A stretch of 64,000 nt of DNA, from contig OZ245015.1 of the NCBI GenBank assembly GCA_965223705.1, positions 2,784,001-2,848,000 of the forward strand, read 5' to 3'. Both the position numbers and the translations under genes were made by a program. A model generated the notes under the pieces. The model was not told where the DNA came from. It saw only the letters and a program-made list of their open reading frames with translations, and ran no database searches. This DNA comes from Myxococcota bacterium (GTDB lineage: Bacteria > Myxococcota_A > UBA9160 > UBA6930). Below, piece by piece: positions 19,338-28,231 of the stretch. The first letter of the stretch is position 1; every line of letters starts with the position of its first letter.

Positions 19338-20230
19338 TCCTGGCGCTTGATTCCCCGGGCCGCCGCTTCGCGTTGCTTCGCGCGGCGGGCTTCGCCGAGC
19401 TGTCGCAGCTTCTCGGCGTTCTCGCCGTCGACGCGTGCGTAGCCGGCGCGCCAGGAATGGTCTTCGCTCCACAGAACCGGCGCCTGCACCGTCGTCCGCG
19501 GAAACCGCGCTTGCTCGAGCACGTCGAGCGCCATCCCGAACAGCGACTGCTGCATCGCGCGATCGAAGGGCTTTCCCGCGGCGTTTCCGAGCGGGAAATC
19601 CACGAACAAGAACCGCGGCACGCCGCATTCTTCGACGATGTCACGCGCCGACCCCATCACGACCGTGGGGATGCCGGCGTCTTCCAAATGCCGCGCGACC
19701 AGACCGACCGTCTGGTGACAGACCGGTCACAAGGGGACGAGGACCGCCGCGTCGGCGCCGTCTTGCCGAAGGCGCTCGAGGATTTCCGGGGCGTCGCGCG
19801 TGATGGTCCGTCGCTGACTGTAGTCGGTGGGGACACCGTGGAAGCGCGGGGCCAAGCGCGCGATGCGCCCCGCCCGCACGGCCTCATGCCCCGCCGCGAT
19901 GGGCAGGAAGCTCCCGGTATCGCGCGTGTGCGTCGCTTCCTTGTCCCAGGCGAGGTCGTCGGTGTAAAGCGCTTCGGGCGGATGCTCGCTCGACCCGGAC
20001 CACACCTGCTTGGGCGCCCGGGTCGTCTCCTCGTCGTCCTCTCGCATCGGACTCGCCGTCGTGATCAACGCGACCGTCATCTCGGACAACGGTTTCGAAA
20101 GCTCCGCAAACGGAGCGTCGTCGTGCTGAGCCCAGGCGTACGGCTTTTCGTATCCCTGGGCGCGGTAGTACTCGCGAGTGCGGTCGATGTAGCTGACGAA
20201 GCTTCGGTGGGACGGGTCGCGGTTGATCAT
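19334..20230 (-). CDS. Glycine/betaine/proline reductase component B-like selenoprotein (Sec at UGA 19727-19729)
   Basis: Track ORFs 19727..20386 and 19334..19687 share a frame and are separated only by a TGA. Read-through gives DAAVLVPL-U-PVCHQTVGLVARHLEDAGIPTV (UxxC), with PLSEMTVALITTA upstream and FPLGN downstream. Confidence 0.85.
19698..19716 (-). promoter_or_regulatory. Candidate bacterial SECIS hairpin
   Basis: mRNA reads UGA CCGGUCUGUC ACCAGAC-GGUCG-GUCUGGU: a perfect 7-bp stem with a G-starting loop, beginning at the 11th nt after the UGA. Confidence 0.7.
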
Positions 20231-20324
20231 CCAGCCAGTGTAGCGGGCGACCCATGCACTTCCCCACGCCGAGCGTCGCGCGTAGAATGGGCCGCTCGAA
20301 GGACGTATTGAAGGAGCGAGACAG

Positions 20325-21404
20325 ATGGCCGGTATGGACTGGGGCTTCGTTTTCATGGGATCGATCGGCATCGCCGACGAGGTCAAACTCGCGGAGGACC
20401 GAGGCTTCTCCCACGCGTGGCTCTACGACACACAGATGCTCGGGAGCGAGGTCTACGCCGCGCTGACGACCTGTGCGCTCAAGACGGATCGCATCAAACT
20501 CGGTCCGGGGGTCACGAATCCGAAATCGCGGATCGCGCCGCTCACCGCGTGCGGCATGGCGACGATCAATCAGCTGGCCCCGGGCCGCGCCATTCTCGGC
20601 ATCGGCACCGGGAATACGACGCGCCGTACGATGGGGATGCCCGCTGCGAAACTGAGTGAGCTGCGCGAGCACGTGGAAGTTTGCCAGGGACTCTTCCGCA
20701 ACGAGGTAACGGACTATTCCGAGGGCGACCGCCACCGAAAGATCCGCTTCCTCAACCCGGACATGGGCTACTACAACATCAAGGATCCGATCCCGACGTA
20801 CATCGCCGCGAGCGGACCGAAGAGTTGCCAGCTCGCGGGCGAAATCGCCGACGGCGTAATCCTGTTCGGCGCGGTGCACCCGTCGCTCCTCAAGTTCCTG
20901 CTCGACAACGTGCGCATGGGCGCCGAACGCGCGGGGCGCAACTACGATGACATCTACGTCTTGTCGATGACGGCCTTCTACCTCACGGACCCGGGCCAGT
21001 CGATCGAATCGGATGCCGTTCGCAACGCCGTCGGGCCGATGGTCGCGTCGTCGAGCAATATTTTCGCGCTGTCTGCTCGGCTTGAGCCCGACTGCCTACC
21101 GGCGGACCTTCGCGACGGCATCATGGGCTTCAAGAGCGCGTATCACGCTCCGGACGAACCCATCGAAACGCGCCACTTGAAGCTCTACGAAGGTTACCTG
21201 CAACACTTGAAGCAGGAGCACGTTCCGCTCATGACGGAGAAGATCATTCGCGCGACGACCCTCACGGGAAGCGCCGACCAGGTGACGGAATCGATTCAGG
21301 CGATGGCCGAGGCCGGCGTACACCAGGTCGCGATCCAGCCGATCCTCGACACGGCGACGACCGTGGCCCAGGTCGCCGACGAGATCATGCCTCGCTTCGC
21401 GTAG
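20325..21404 (+). CDS. LLM class (Mer/F420- or FMN-dependent) oxidoreductase
   Basis: AEDRGFSHAW, IKLGPGVTNP, GRAILGIGTG and YIAASGPKS..AGEIADG motifs. Confidence 0.9.
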   Translation: MAGMDWGFVFMGSIGIADEVKLAEDRGFSHAWLYDTQMLGSEVYAALTTCALKTDRIKLGPGVTNPKSRIAPLTACGMATINQLAPGRAILGIGTGNTTRRTMGMPAAKLSELREHVEVCQGLFRNEVTDYSEGDRHRKIRFLNPDMGYYNIKDPIPTYIAASGPKSCQLAGEIADGVILFGAVHPSLLKFLLDNVRMGAERAGRNYDDIYVLSMTAFYLTDPGQSIESDAVRNAVGPMVASSSNIFALSARLEPDCLPADLRDGIMGFKSAYHAPDEPIETRHLKLYEGYLQHLKQEHVPLMTEKIIRATTLTGSADQVTESIQAMAEAGVHQVAIQPILDTATTVAQVADEIMPRFA

Positions 21405-22281
21405 AGCGCTTCAGGGCGCGGCGAACCCACAGCGTGGCGCTGGCCAACGCGAGGCCCGCCAACAGAAAGAGCGGGTACGCACCCCCGCGGATTCCTTTCA
21501 CGGCACCCCGTACCTGATCGATGCGTTCTCGGTAGACCGTCAGGTCGGCGGCAAAGCTCGTGGCGCCGAACAGGACCGTGGATTCCGGTTGCCCTTCGTA
21601 CTGGGACGTCGCGACGAAGATCCCGGCGAGCTCGTAGCCGTCCTCGGTGTGCCGGAAGACCGGCCCACCCGAATCCCCCTCGACGGCGATCGCCTCTTCG
21701 GGCACAGCGAAGAAGTCGTCGAACTCGATGCCGAACGTCTCCGTGGTGTAGCTCCCCAATCGCAGCCGATGCGCCGATTTCGAGACGCGGTTCCGACCCC
21801 ATTGGAGCCCGATCGAGCGCGCTCGGTAGAACCCTTGCCTACCGAGCCAACTCAGTCGCCCGCCCCGGATGCCGCCAGCCCCGAAGACCAGGACCGACTC
21901 TCCCGAACGCAGGGGTTCCGTGGCGATCTCGAGCCGCCTACCCGCGGGTGTACCGTCAACGCGGAACATCACGAGGTCGGGGTTGTCGCGCGCCCCGGTC
22001 AGGAGGACGCGGGATTCGGGCCGCGGAGCGAAACTCTCGTCGGCCACGAGCACGGTGCCCACGCCGACGTGAGCGGCGGTGAGAATCCAGCCCTCCCCTA
22101 AATGGACGGCCGAAAGCCCGCCGCGCTGACAAGCGCCGAGCCACCCCGCCGAGGGCGGTGCGAGTTCCCGGTTCCTGCCTGGAGCGCCTTCTGCGAACAC
22201 CAAGGCTCCCGAAGCCGCAGCGACCGACGTAGCGGCGACGACCCCGCAAACCGCGGTCCGGATTCGCGAGCAACCGAGCAC
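21385..22281 (-). CDS. Trypsin-like serine protease with C-terminal membrane anchor
   Basis: WILTAAH, PDLVMF and GDSGGP triad motifs; N-terminal hydrophobic signal; C-terminal GG + TM + RR tail. Confidence 0.82.
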   Translation of the reverse strand: MLGCSRIRTAVCGVVAATSVAAASGALVFAEGAPGRNRELAPPSAGWLGACQRGGLSAVHLGEGWILTAAHVGVGTVLVADESFAPRPESRVLLTGARDNPDLVMFRVDGTPAGRRLEIATEPLRSGESVLVFGAGGIRGGRLSWLGRQGFYRARSIGLQWGRNRVSKSAHRLRLGSYTTETFGIEFDDFFAVPEEAIAVEGDSGGPVFRHTEDGYELAGIFVATSQYEGQPESTVLFGATSFAADLTVYRERIDQVRGAVKGIRGGAYPLFLLAGLALASATLWVRRALKRSTRSEA

Positions 22282-22494
22282 GGCGCAAACATACGCGAGC
22301 CCCCGCCCAGTGCACTCGGACTGTTCGCTTCGCTTTCGGCTTCGATTCAGGAGGCTGACAGGTTGGGTCGGTTCCGCCCCTCAGAAAGCGCGTCCGCGAG
22401 AGCAGGTTTTTGGCGCCCGAAGCTCGTTTTTTCCCCGACTGAGGCTCGTTCTACCGCGTCTTTTGCGCATTCAAATTTTTTTCGCATTGCCCCC

Positions 22495-22522
22495 TTGCGC
22501 GATCGACTCGATCTGCTAAATT
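22495..22522 (+). promoter_or_regulatory. Candidate sigma70-type promoter with a palindrome in the spacer
   Basis: TTGCGC-16 nt-TAAATT with an extended -10 (TGn); GATCGA-C-TCGATC palindrome at 22501-22513; local AT-rich island. Confidence 0.45.
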
Positions 22523-22541
22523 TCCTGAATACGCAACACAA

Positions 22542-22569
22542 AGCCGGCTCAACCGCCGGCTATTTTTTT
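22542..22569 (+). terminator. Intrinsic terminator
   Basis: AGCCGGC-TCAACC-GCCGGCT stem-loop followed by ATTTTTTT. Confidence 0.75.
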
Positions 22570-22615
22570 GATCTATGCTTTCGTCTTTCTTTCGCCTTCC
22601 GATCTCGGGGCCCTC

Positions 22616-22876
22616 ATGACTGGCGACGACTACGAACGGGAACTCGGTGTCGTCGAGGCGCTGACCGCCGTATCGAAACAGTGTCCCCACGCCGGTATCC
22701 GAGGGCACGCTGAGACCGCACTCGCCCGCTTGGCCGACGAAGGGCCCGACGGACTCCCCCAGCAGGCTTTTCTCGTGCTGAGCACCATCGCGGGCTGGCG
22801 CGGCGAGCGCGCCCAACAGGTCAAGCGCTCCCTGCGCGCCTACCTGGACCGCGAGACGGCCGCCCGCTCGGATTGA
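22616..22876 (+). CDS. Small hypothetical helical protein
   Basis: 86-aa ORF ending 3 nt before the helicase start; natural composition. Confidence 0.65.
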   Translation: MTGDDYERELGVVEALTAVSKQCPHAGIRGHAETALARLADEGPDGLPQQAFLVLSTIAGWRGERAQQVKRSLRAYLDRETAARSD

Positions 22877-22879
22877 CGG

Positions 22880-25174
22880 GTGCCGTCTCGGCCCGACCTA
22901 GGGCGGCGGTACTACTCCGCGGGCGCCCTCGCCCGTGAGATGGCGGGACCACCCGTAGCATCGAGCCAGCTTTGGTCACCGGGTCTCGACCGGGGTCGGG
23001 GGAGTGCGGCGCACCGCCGCTATCAGGAACAACAGGCGGACCGAGAGGGATTCGAGGCCGAGGTCCCGGTCACCGCGAGGTTCGGTGATGTGACGGTGCG
23101 CGGCCGCGCGGACGCCATCCACTTCGACCCAGCGCGGGGGTTCATCCTCGAAGAACTGAAGACAGGCGAGGGCCCATGGCTGCGGGAACTCGCGCGGTGC
23201 CAAGCCGAAATCTATGCCGAGGCGCTCCAGGCCGCTCGGGGGCAGCGGTTCGAGGCCGACATCGCGCTCATCGACGGTGCCGGCGAAGCGATCTTCCGAG
23301 AAACCCTCGGCGCGGCGCGCCGAGCCACCAGCCGAGAGAGGATTGTCGCGGCACTGGCGCGCCTAGAGGCTGAGCGGGACCTGCGGGAACAACGCGTGGC
23401 CGGTTGGAGGAATCGGCTCCCGACCCTCGAGCCGCCGTTCGCGAGCTGGAGGCCCGCCCAGCGCGAGATGCTCCGCGAAGTGAACGAAGCGCTGGTCGGT
23501 GGCACGCAGCTCCTGATCGAGGCGCCTACCGGTTCCGGCAAGACCGCGGCGGTGGCGTACCCGGCTCTCCGGAGCGCCCTGTCCGGAGTCTGTCGAGCGT
23601 TCTTCCTGACCCCGCGAAAACCCGGGCAACACGGCGCGCTCTCACTCCTCGAGCGGATGCTCGGCCGGGGTACGCCGGCGGCGGTCCAGCGATCGGCGGC
23701 CCGTTCGCTGTGTCACCTGCGGTACGACGCGTGCGCGCCGGAGACTTGCGAGCGAGCCAATACGCCGGTTGCCGACGAACCCACGGCTCTTCTCCGCGAC
23801 GCTTCGGTGATTCGGCGGGAATCGCTCGCGCGAAGGATCGAACCGACGCCTCATTGCGCGTACTGGACCGCTCGGGCGCTGGCGAACGACCTGCCCTTTG
23901 TCGTCGCCGACGTCGATGTGTTGTTGCGCGGAGAGTTCGTACCGACGGACACGGACGAATTTCAGCCGGGGCGCGTTCTCCTGCTCGACGAAGTGCATCA
24001 ACTCCCCGATCGCGCGCGCAGCCACTGGCACCGCGAGCTCGGCATCGAGCGTTTCGACGCCTGCCTCGCTTCGCTCGAATTCAGCGATGGTCGCGCCGTT
24101 GGGGATCTTCGGGACGCGACCGCCGCACTTCGCGAGCTCTGGCTCGAGACCGTCGACTACGCGCCCGCGGATCCCACGGGCGTCACTCCAGATGCCTTCG
24201 ATCCCGGAGAGCTCGAGCCGTCCCTCGGTGCCTTCGAAGCGGCGTGCTGGAAGTTGGTCGACGATCGCTACAACGGAACGCTCCCCTCACCCGCAGAGCC
24301 CTGGGTGGTCGCCATGCGGGAGGTCGGTGCGCTGCGACAGGCATGCTCGTCGGGCGACCCGGGTTTCACGCCGGTGGCTTACCGCACAGCGGACAATCGA
24401 TCCGTACTCGGTGTGTGGTGCATCGATCCAGCGCCGCGCCTCGCGACGCTCTTCGAGCGTGCAGACACAGTGATCGGCTTCACGGCCACGCTGCCGGGCG
24501 ATCCCGTAGCGCTTCTCGGTATGGACCCCGACCGTTGCGCCATCCTCGAGCTGCCGGAACAACGCGATCCCAAGCTCCGACCGATCGCGGTCGATGCGAG
24601 GTACGGAACGCGCTTCCGCGAACGATCGCGTGAGACCACGCGAATCGCAGCGGCCATCTCGAAGTGGGTCTCTCGGGCCGAAGGACATGCCCTGGTGCTG
24701 GTCCCGAGTTTCGCGTGGCTCGCCGAGATCGCCGACGCACTCGCCCTCGACCGTCCGCTTCGAGTGCAGAAACCCGACGATTCCGACGCGGAGCGGCGCG
24801 CGCACGAAGACGCCGTCAGCCACGCGGCCGCGCCCGCCTGTCTGCTGGCGGCGGCTTCCGGCGCCCTCGCCGAGGGACTCGACTACGACGGGGGCGCTCT
24901 CGCGACCGTCATCGTGGTGGGGCCCCCGGTACCTCCCCCATCGCCCCTGCGCGATTTCCTCCGCAGACGTTTCGACGCGTGCGGCGACGACGGTTTCCTC
25001 CGCGTGTACGCAGAACCTGCGATGCGAGCGGTTCGACAGGGAGCTGGGCGCTTGTGGCGCTCTCCGGAAGACACCGGTCAGCTCGTGCTCCTCGGCCGCC
25101 GGTTCGCGCGTCCTCCCTACGCGTCTTTACTTCCGGAGCCTTGGCGGATGGGTGAATTCATCGGCGACGACTAG
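22880..25174 (+). CDS. DinG/Rad3/XPD-family helicase with N-terminal PD-(D/E)XK nuclease domain
   Basis: GSAAH..E..GRAD..EELK..Q..Y nuclease motifs; RPAQ, EAPTGSGKT, four Cys for an Fe-S cluster, DEVH, AEGLD and QGAGRLWR helicase motifs. Confidence 0.88.
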   Translation: MPSRPDLGRRYYSAGALAREMAGPPVASSQLWSPGLDRGRGSAAHRRYQEQQADREGFEAEVPVTARFGDVTVRGRADAIHFDPARGFILEELKTGEGPWLRELARCQAEIYAEALQAARGQRFEADIALIDGAGEAIFRETLGAARRATSRERIVAALARLEAERDLREQRVAGWRNRLPTLEPPFASWRPAQREMLREVNEALVGGTQLLIEAPTGSGKTAAVAYPALRSALSGVCRAFFLTPRKPGQHGALSLLERMLGRGTPAAVQRSAARSLCHLRYDACAPETCERANTPVADEPTALLRDASVIRRESLARRIEPTPHCAYWTARALANDLPFVVADVDVLLRGEFVPTDTDEFQPGRVLLLDEVHQLPDRARSHWHRELGIERFDACLASLEFSDGRAVGDLRDATAALRELWLETVDYAPADPTGVTPDAFDPGELEPSLGAFEAACWKLVDDRYNGTLPSPAEPWVVAMREVGALRQACSSGDPGFTPVAYRTADNRSVLGVWCIDPAPRLATLFERADTVIGFTATLPGDPVALLGMDPDRCAILELPEQRDPKLRPIAVDARYGTRFRERSRETTRIAAAISKWVSRAEGHALVLVPSFAWLAEIADALALDRPLRVQKPDDSDAERRAHEDAVSHAAAPACLLAAASGALAEGLDYDGGALATVIVVGPPVPPPSPLRDFLRRRFDACGDDGFLRVYAEPAMRAVRQGAGRLWRSPEDTGQLVLLGRRFARPPYASLLPEPWRMGEFIGDD

Positions 25175-26361
25175 CGCCCCCGGATCCCACAGACCTCGCG
25201 AATCACGTCGACGATCATCTCGGGCCCGCGGGCCAGAGCCCGCGCATCGATGCTCTCGTCGGGCTGGTGGGCCTGCGCGAGCTCGCCTGGGCCGCAGATC
25301 AACGAATCGATCCCCGCACGTGCGAATGCGCCACCGTCCGTACAGAACGGCGCACCGGTGCGCCGCTCCCCTGCTCCGCCGAGTGCGTGTTCGAGTCGCG
25401 AGCCGGCGGGGGAATCGAGGCCCGCCACGACGATGGGCTCACCGAGTGAAATCTTCGCGCGACCCTCGCCGCCGGAGTCGTCGCGCTCTTCGAGCGCGGC
25501 CAGCCGTTCGCCCAACTCGCGATACGCGGACAGGGGATCTTCGTCTGGTAGCGGTCGGTAGCTCAACCGGATGCGGCAGGACTCCGCGATCATGTTGGAA
25601 GCGCTGCCGCCTTGAATGACGCCCACGTTCCAGGTGTTGTACGGGGCGTCGGGGAAGAGTTGCTCTCCGGTCGCCGAGCGTCGTGCGCGATGTTCGGTCT
25701 GCAGCGTCCCGATCTCGGCCAACACTTTCCCCGCCACGGCGATGGCGTTGCAACCGAGCGCCGGAAGACTGCTGTGTCCCCCCTGCCCCTCGACGTGGAT
25801 CGCAAAATCGACGACGCCTTTGTGCGCGTGGAAGACGCGGTACGAAGTCGGTTCTCCGATCCATGCGAGGCGCGGCAGCGGGAGGTCTTGCAGGAGCTCG
25901 GGGAGAGCGGCGGTAAGCTTCTCGGCTCCGAAACACCCGACCTCTTCCTCGCACGTGAACAGGAACACGATCGGCCGTTCCAGCTGCTCGAGCGGTACCT
26001 GTTGAACGGCCGCCAGGCACTGCGCGATAAAGCCCTTCATGTCCGTCGTGCCTCGGCCCACCAGACGACCGTCTCGCTCGGTGAGCGCCAGGGGTTCGAG
26101 GGTCCAGCCAGGCTGCGCGTCGAACGGCACCGTGTCGATGTGGCCCGACAGGATCAAGCCGTCGGGTTCGTCGGGACCCGCCCAAGCGACCACGTTGGTC
26201 TGCCGATCCGACGTGTCAGCGGCGGTCTCCTGCAGACGGACGCGAAGGCCGGTGCCCTCGAGATGGTCGGCCAAAAGGTCCGCCGCCCGCCCGTTCCCGT
26301 TCTGGCTGACGGTGTCGATCGACACCAGCTCGCCCAAGAGCTCTGACAGGTATTTATCCAT
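25171..26361 (-). CDS. argE: Acetylornithine deacetylase-like M20 metallopeptidase
   Basis: LSGHIDTVP, GRGTTDMKG, EEEVG, IGEPT, GHSS and AHQPDE motifs. Confidence 0.85.
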   Translation of the reverse strand: MDKYLSELLGELVSIDTVSQNGNGRAADLLADHLEGTGLRVRLQETAADTSDRQTNVVAWAGPDEPDGLILSGHIDTVPFDAQPGWTLEPLALTERDGRLVGRGTTDMKGFIAQCLAAVQQVPLEQLERPIVFLFTCEEEVGCFGAEKLTAALPELLQDLPLPRLAWIGEPTSYRVFHAHKGVVDFAIHVEGQGGHSSLPALGCNAIAVAGKVLAEIGTLQTEHRARRSATGEQLFPDAPYNTWNVGVIQGGSASNMIAESCRIRLSYRPLPDEDPLSAYRELGERLAALEERDDSGGEGRAKISLGEPIVVAGLDSPAGSRLEHALGGAGERRTGAPFCTDGGAFARAGIDSLICGPGELAQAHQPDESIDARALARGPEMIVDVIREVCGIRGR

Positions 26362-26402
26362 CAATTAACCCCCTGGGGAAAAGCGCCTTGGTGTCGCTTT
26401 CC

Positions 26403-26425
26403 CCATGAAACGGCAACTTTCATGG
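26403..26425. promoter_or_regulatory. Palindromic operator-like site between the divergent argE-like and ilvB genes
   Basis: CCATGAAA-N7-TTTCATGG perfect 8-bp dyad. Confidence 0.45.
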
Positions 26426-26515
26426 TACGCGTTACCGAGTTGGGAGACACTTACGGCTCGAAGGGTCGTTTTCCGATAAGATGACACAACGCCCCGCCTA
26501 AGAGGTCCCCCGAAC

Positions 26516-28231
26516 ATGAGTGGAAAAGTCCCGAACGGTGCCGAGCGACTGGTGCAGTGCCTCGAGAGAGAAGGTGTCGAGTACATCTTCGGCCTCTCGG
26601 GTGGCGCAGCGATCCCGATCTTTGACGCGCTCGTCGATTCCGACATCGAACTCGTCCTGGTGCGACACGAACAGGGCGGAACGCACATGGCCGACGGCTA
26701 CGCGCGCGCATCGGGTCGTCCCGGCGTGGTTCTCGTCACGTCGGGACCGGGCGCGACGAACACGGTCACCGGTTTGTTGACGGCGCATATGGACTCGGCG
26801 CCGATCATCGTGATCACCGGCCAGACCATCAGTCCGATGCTCGGGAAGGACGCATTCCAGGAAGCGGACGTCACCGGCATCACCTATCCCGTTGTCAAAC
26901 ACAGTTATCTGGTGAAGGACGCGGCCGACGTTCCGCGAGTCATGCGCGAAGCGTTCCATATCGCGACGACAGGGCGCCCGGGACCGGTGCTGATCGACAT
27001 GCCGAAAGACGTGAGCTCGGCGCCCTGCGAAGCCGCGTTTGTCGACGATGTGGATCTGCCCGGGTACGAGATCCCCGGCCGAGCCGCGGCAACGGACCTC
27101 ACTGCCGCTGCTGAGTTTCTCAAGGCCGCCAAACGCCCCCTGCTCTACGTCGGCCATGGCGCCGTCATTTCCGGCGCGGGCAAGGCGATCGTGAGTCTCG
27201 CTGAGAAACTCCGCGCGCCGATCACGAACACGTTGCTCGGCAAGGGCGCGTGTGATGAATCGCATCCTCTCCACCTCGGCATGCTCGGCATGCACGGGAC
27301 AGCGTACGCCAACAAGGCCGTGGCCGGTTGCGATCTCATCATGGCCATCGGCGCCCGCTGGGACGACCGGATCACCGGCAAGGTCGACGAGTTCTGTCGC
27401 GACGCGGTGAAGATCCACGTCGATATCGATCCGGCGGAGTTCAACAAGATCATCGTTCCCGACGTGTCGCTCCTCGGAGACGCTCGCCTCGTCATCGAGG
27501 ACCTGCTGCCACTCGTCGAAGCGGCGGACACCGACGCCTGGCTGCGTCAGTGCGCAGCGTGGCGACGCAGCTATCCGCTCAAGTACCCCAAGAAAGGCGG
27601 CTTGCGAGCGCAGCACGTCCTCGATCGGCTGCACCACGTCACCGGTGGCAACGCGCTCATCACGACCGACGTCGGGCAGCACCAGATGTGGGCGGCGCAA
27701 TTTTGCCTCACGCGCGAGAACCGCCACTGGCTCTCCTCCGGTGGTGCGGGGACGATGGGCTACGGCTTTCCGGCGGCCATCGGTGCCCAGCTCGCTCGCC
27801 CGGACGCCGACGTATGGGCGGTCGTCGGCGACGGCGGCTTTCAGATGACCATGCCCGAGCTTGCGACGGCGGCCATTCAGAAGCTTCCCCTGACCTGCCT
27901 CATCATCAACAACAACTACCTCGGGATGGTCCGACAGTGGCAGGAGCTGTTCTTTGAAAATCGCTTGTCGGGCGTCGACCTCGAAGGCAATCCCGATTTC
28001 GTCAAGCTCGCCGAGGCCTACGGCGTGAAGGCGCTGCGCATCAAGCGACCTGCCGACATCGACCGCCGCTTGCAGGAAGCCCACGAATACCGCGACGGAC
28101 CGTGCGTCGTCGTCGCCGAAGTCGTGAAAGAAGACAACGTCTTCCCGATGATTCCCGCGGGCGCGCCGGTGGCCAACATGATCATCGAACCTCCGAAAGA
28201 GAAGTTGGAGAAGCCCAGTGGCAGCACCTAA
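26516..28231 (+). CDS. ilvB: Acetolactate synthase large subunit
   Basis: RHEQG, TSGPGATN, DAFQE, GMLGMHG, DVGQHQMW and GDGGFQM..NNYLGMVRQWQ motifs. Confidence 0.96.
   Translation: MSGKVPNGAERLVQCLEREGVEYIFGLSGGAAIPIFDALVDSDIELVLVRHEQGGTHMADGYARASGRPGVVLVTSGPGATNTVTGLLTAHMDSAPIIVITGQTISPMLGKDAFQEADVTGITYPVVKHSYLVKDAADVPRVMREAFHIATTGRPGPVLIDMPKDVSSAPCEAAFVDDVDLPGYEIPGRAAATDLTAAAEFLKAAKRPLLYVGHGAVISGAGKAIVSLAEKLRAPITNTLLGKGACDESHPLHLGMLGMHGTAYANKAVAGCDLIMAIGARWDDRITGKVDEFCRDAVKIHVDIDPAEFNKIIVPDVSLLGDARLVIEDLLPLVEAADTDAWLRQCAAWRRSYPLKYPKKGGLRAQHVLDRLHHVTGGNALITTDVGQHQMWAAQFCLTRENRHWLSSGGAGTMGYGFPAAIGAQLARPDADVWAVVGDGGFQMTMPELATAAIQKLPLTCLIINNNYLGMVRQWQELFFENRLSGVDLEGNPDFVKLAEAYGVKALRIKRPADIDRRLQEAHEYRDGPCVVVAEVVKEDNVFPMIPAGAPVANMIIEPPKEKLEKPSGST

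Noticed and set aside
19727..19729. Pseudogene interpretation of the internal TGA
   Set aside because: The stop falls exactly at the UxxC redox position and is followed by a SECIS-like hairpin, so Sec recoding fits better.
26405..26479. ilvB leader peptide MKRQLSWYALPSWETLTARRVVFR
   Set aside because: No Ile/Leu/Val run, no SD and no downstream terminator, unlike classical ilv attenuators.
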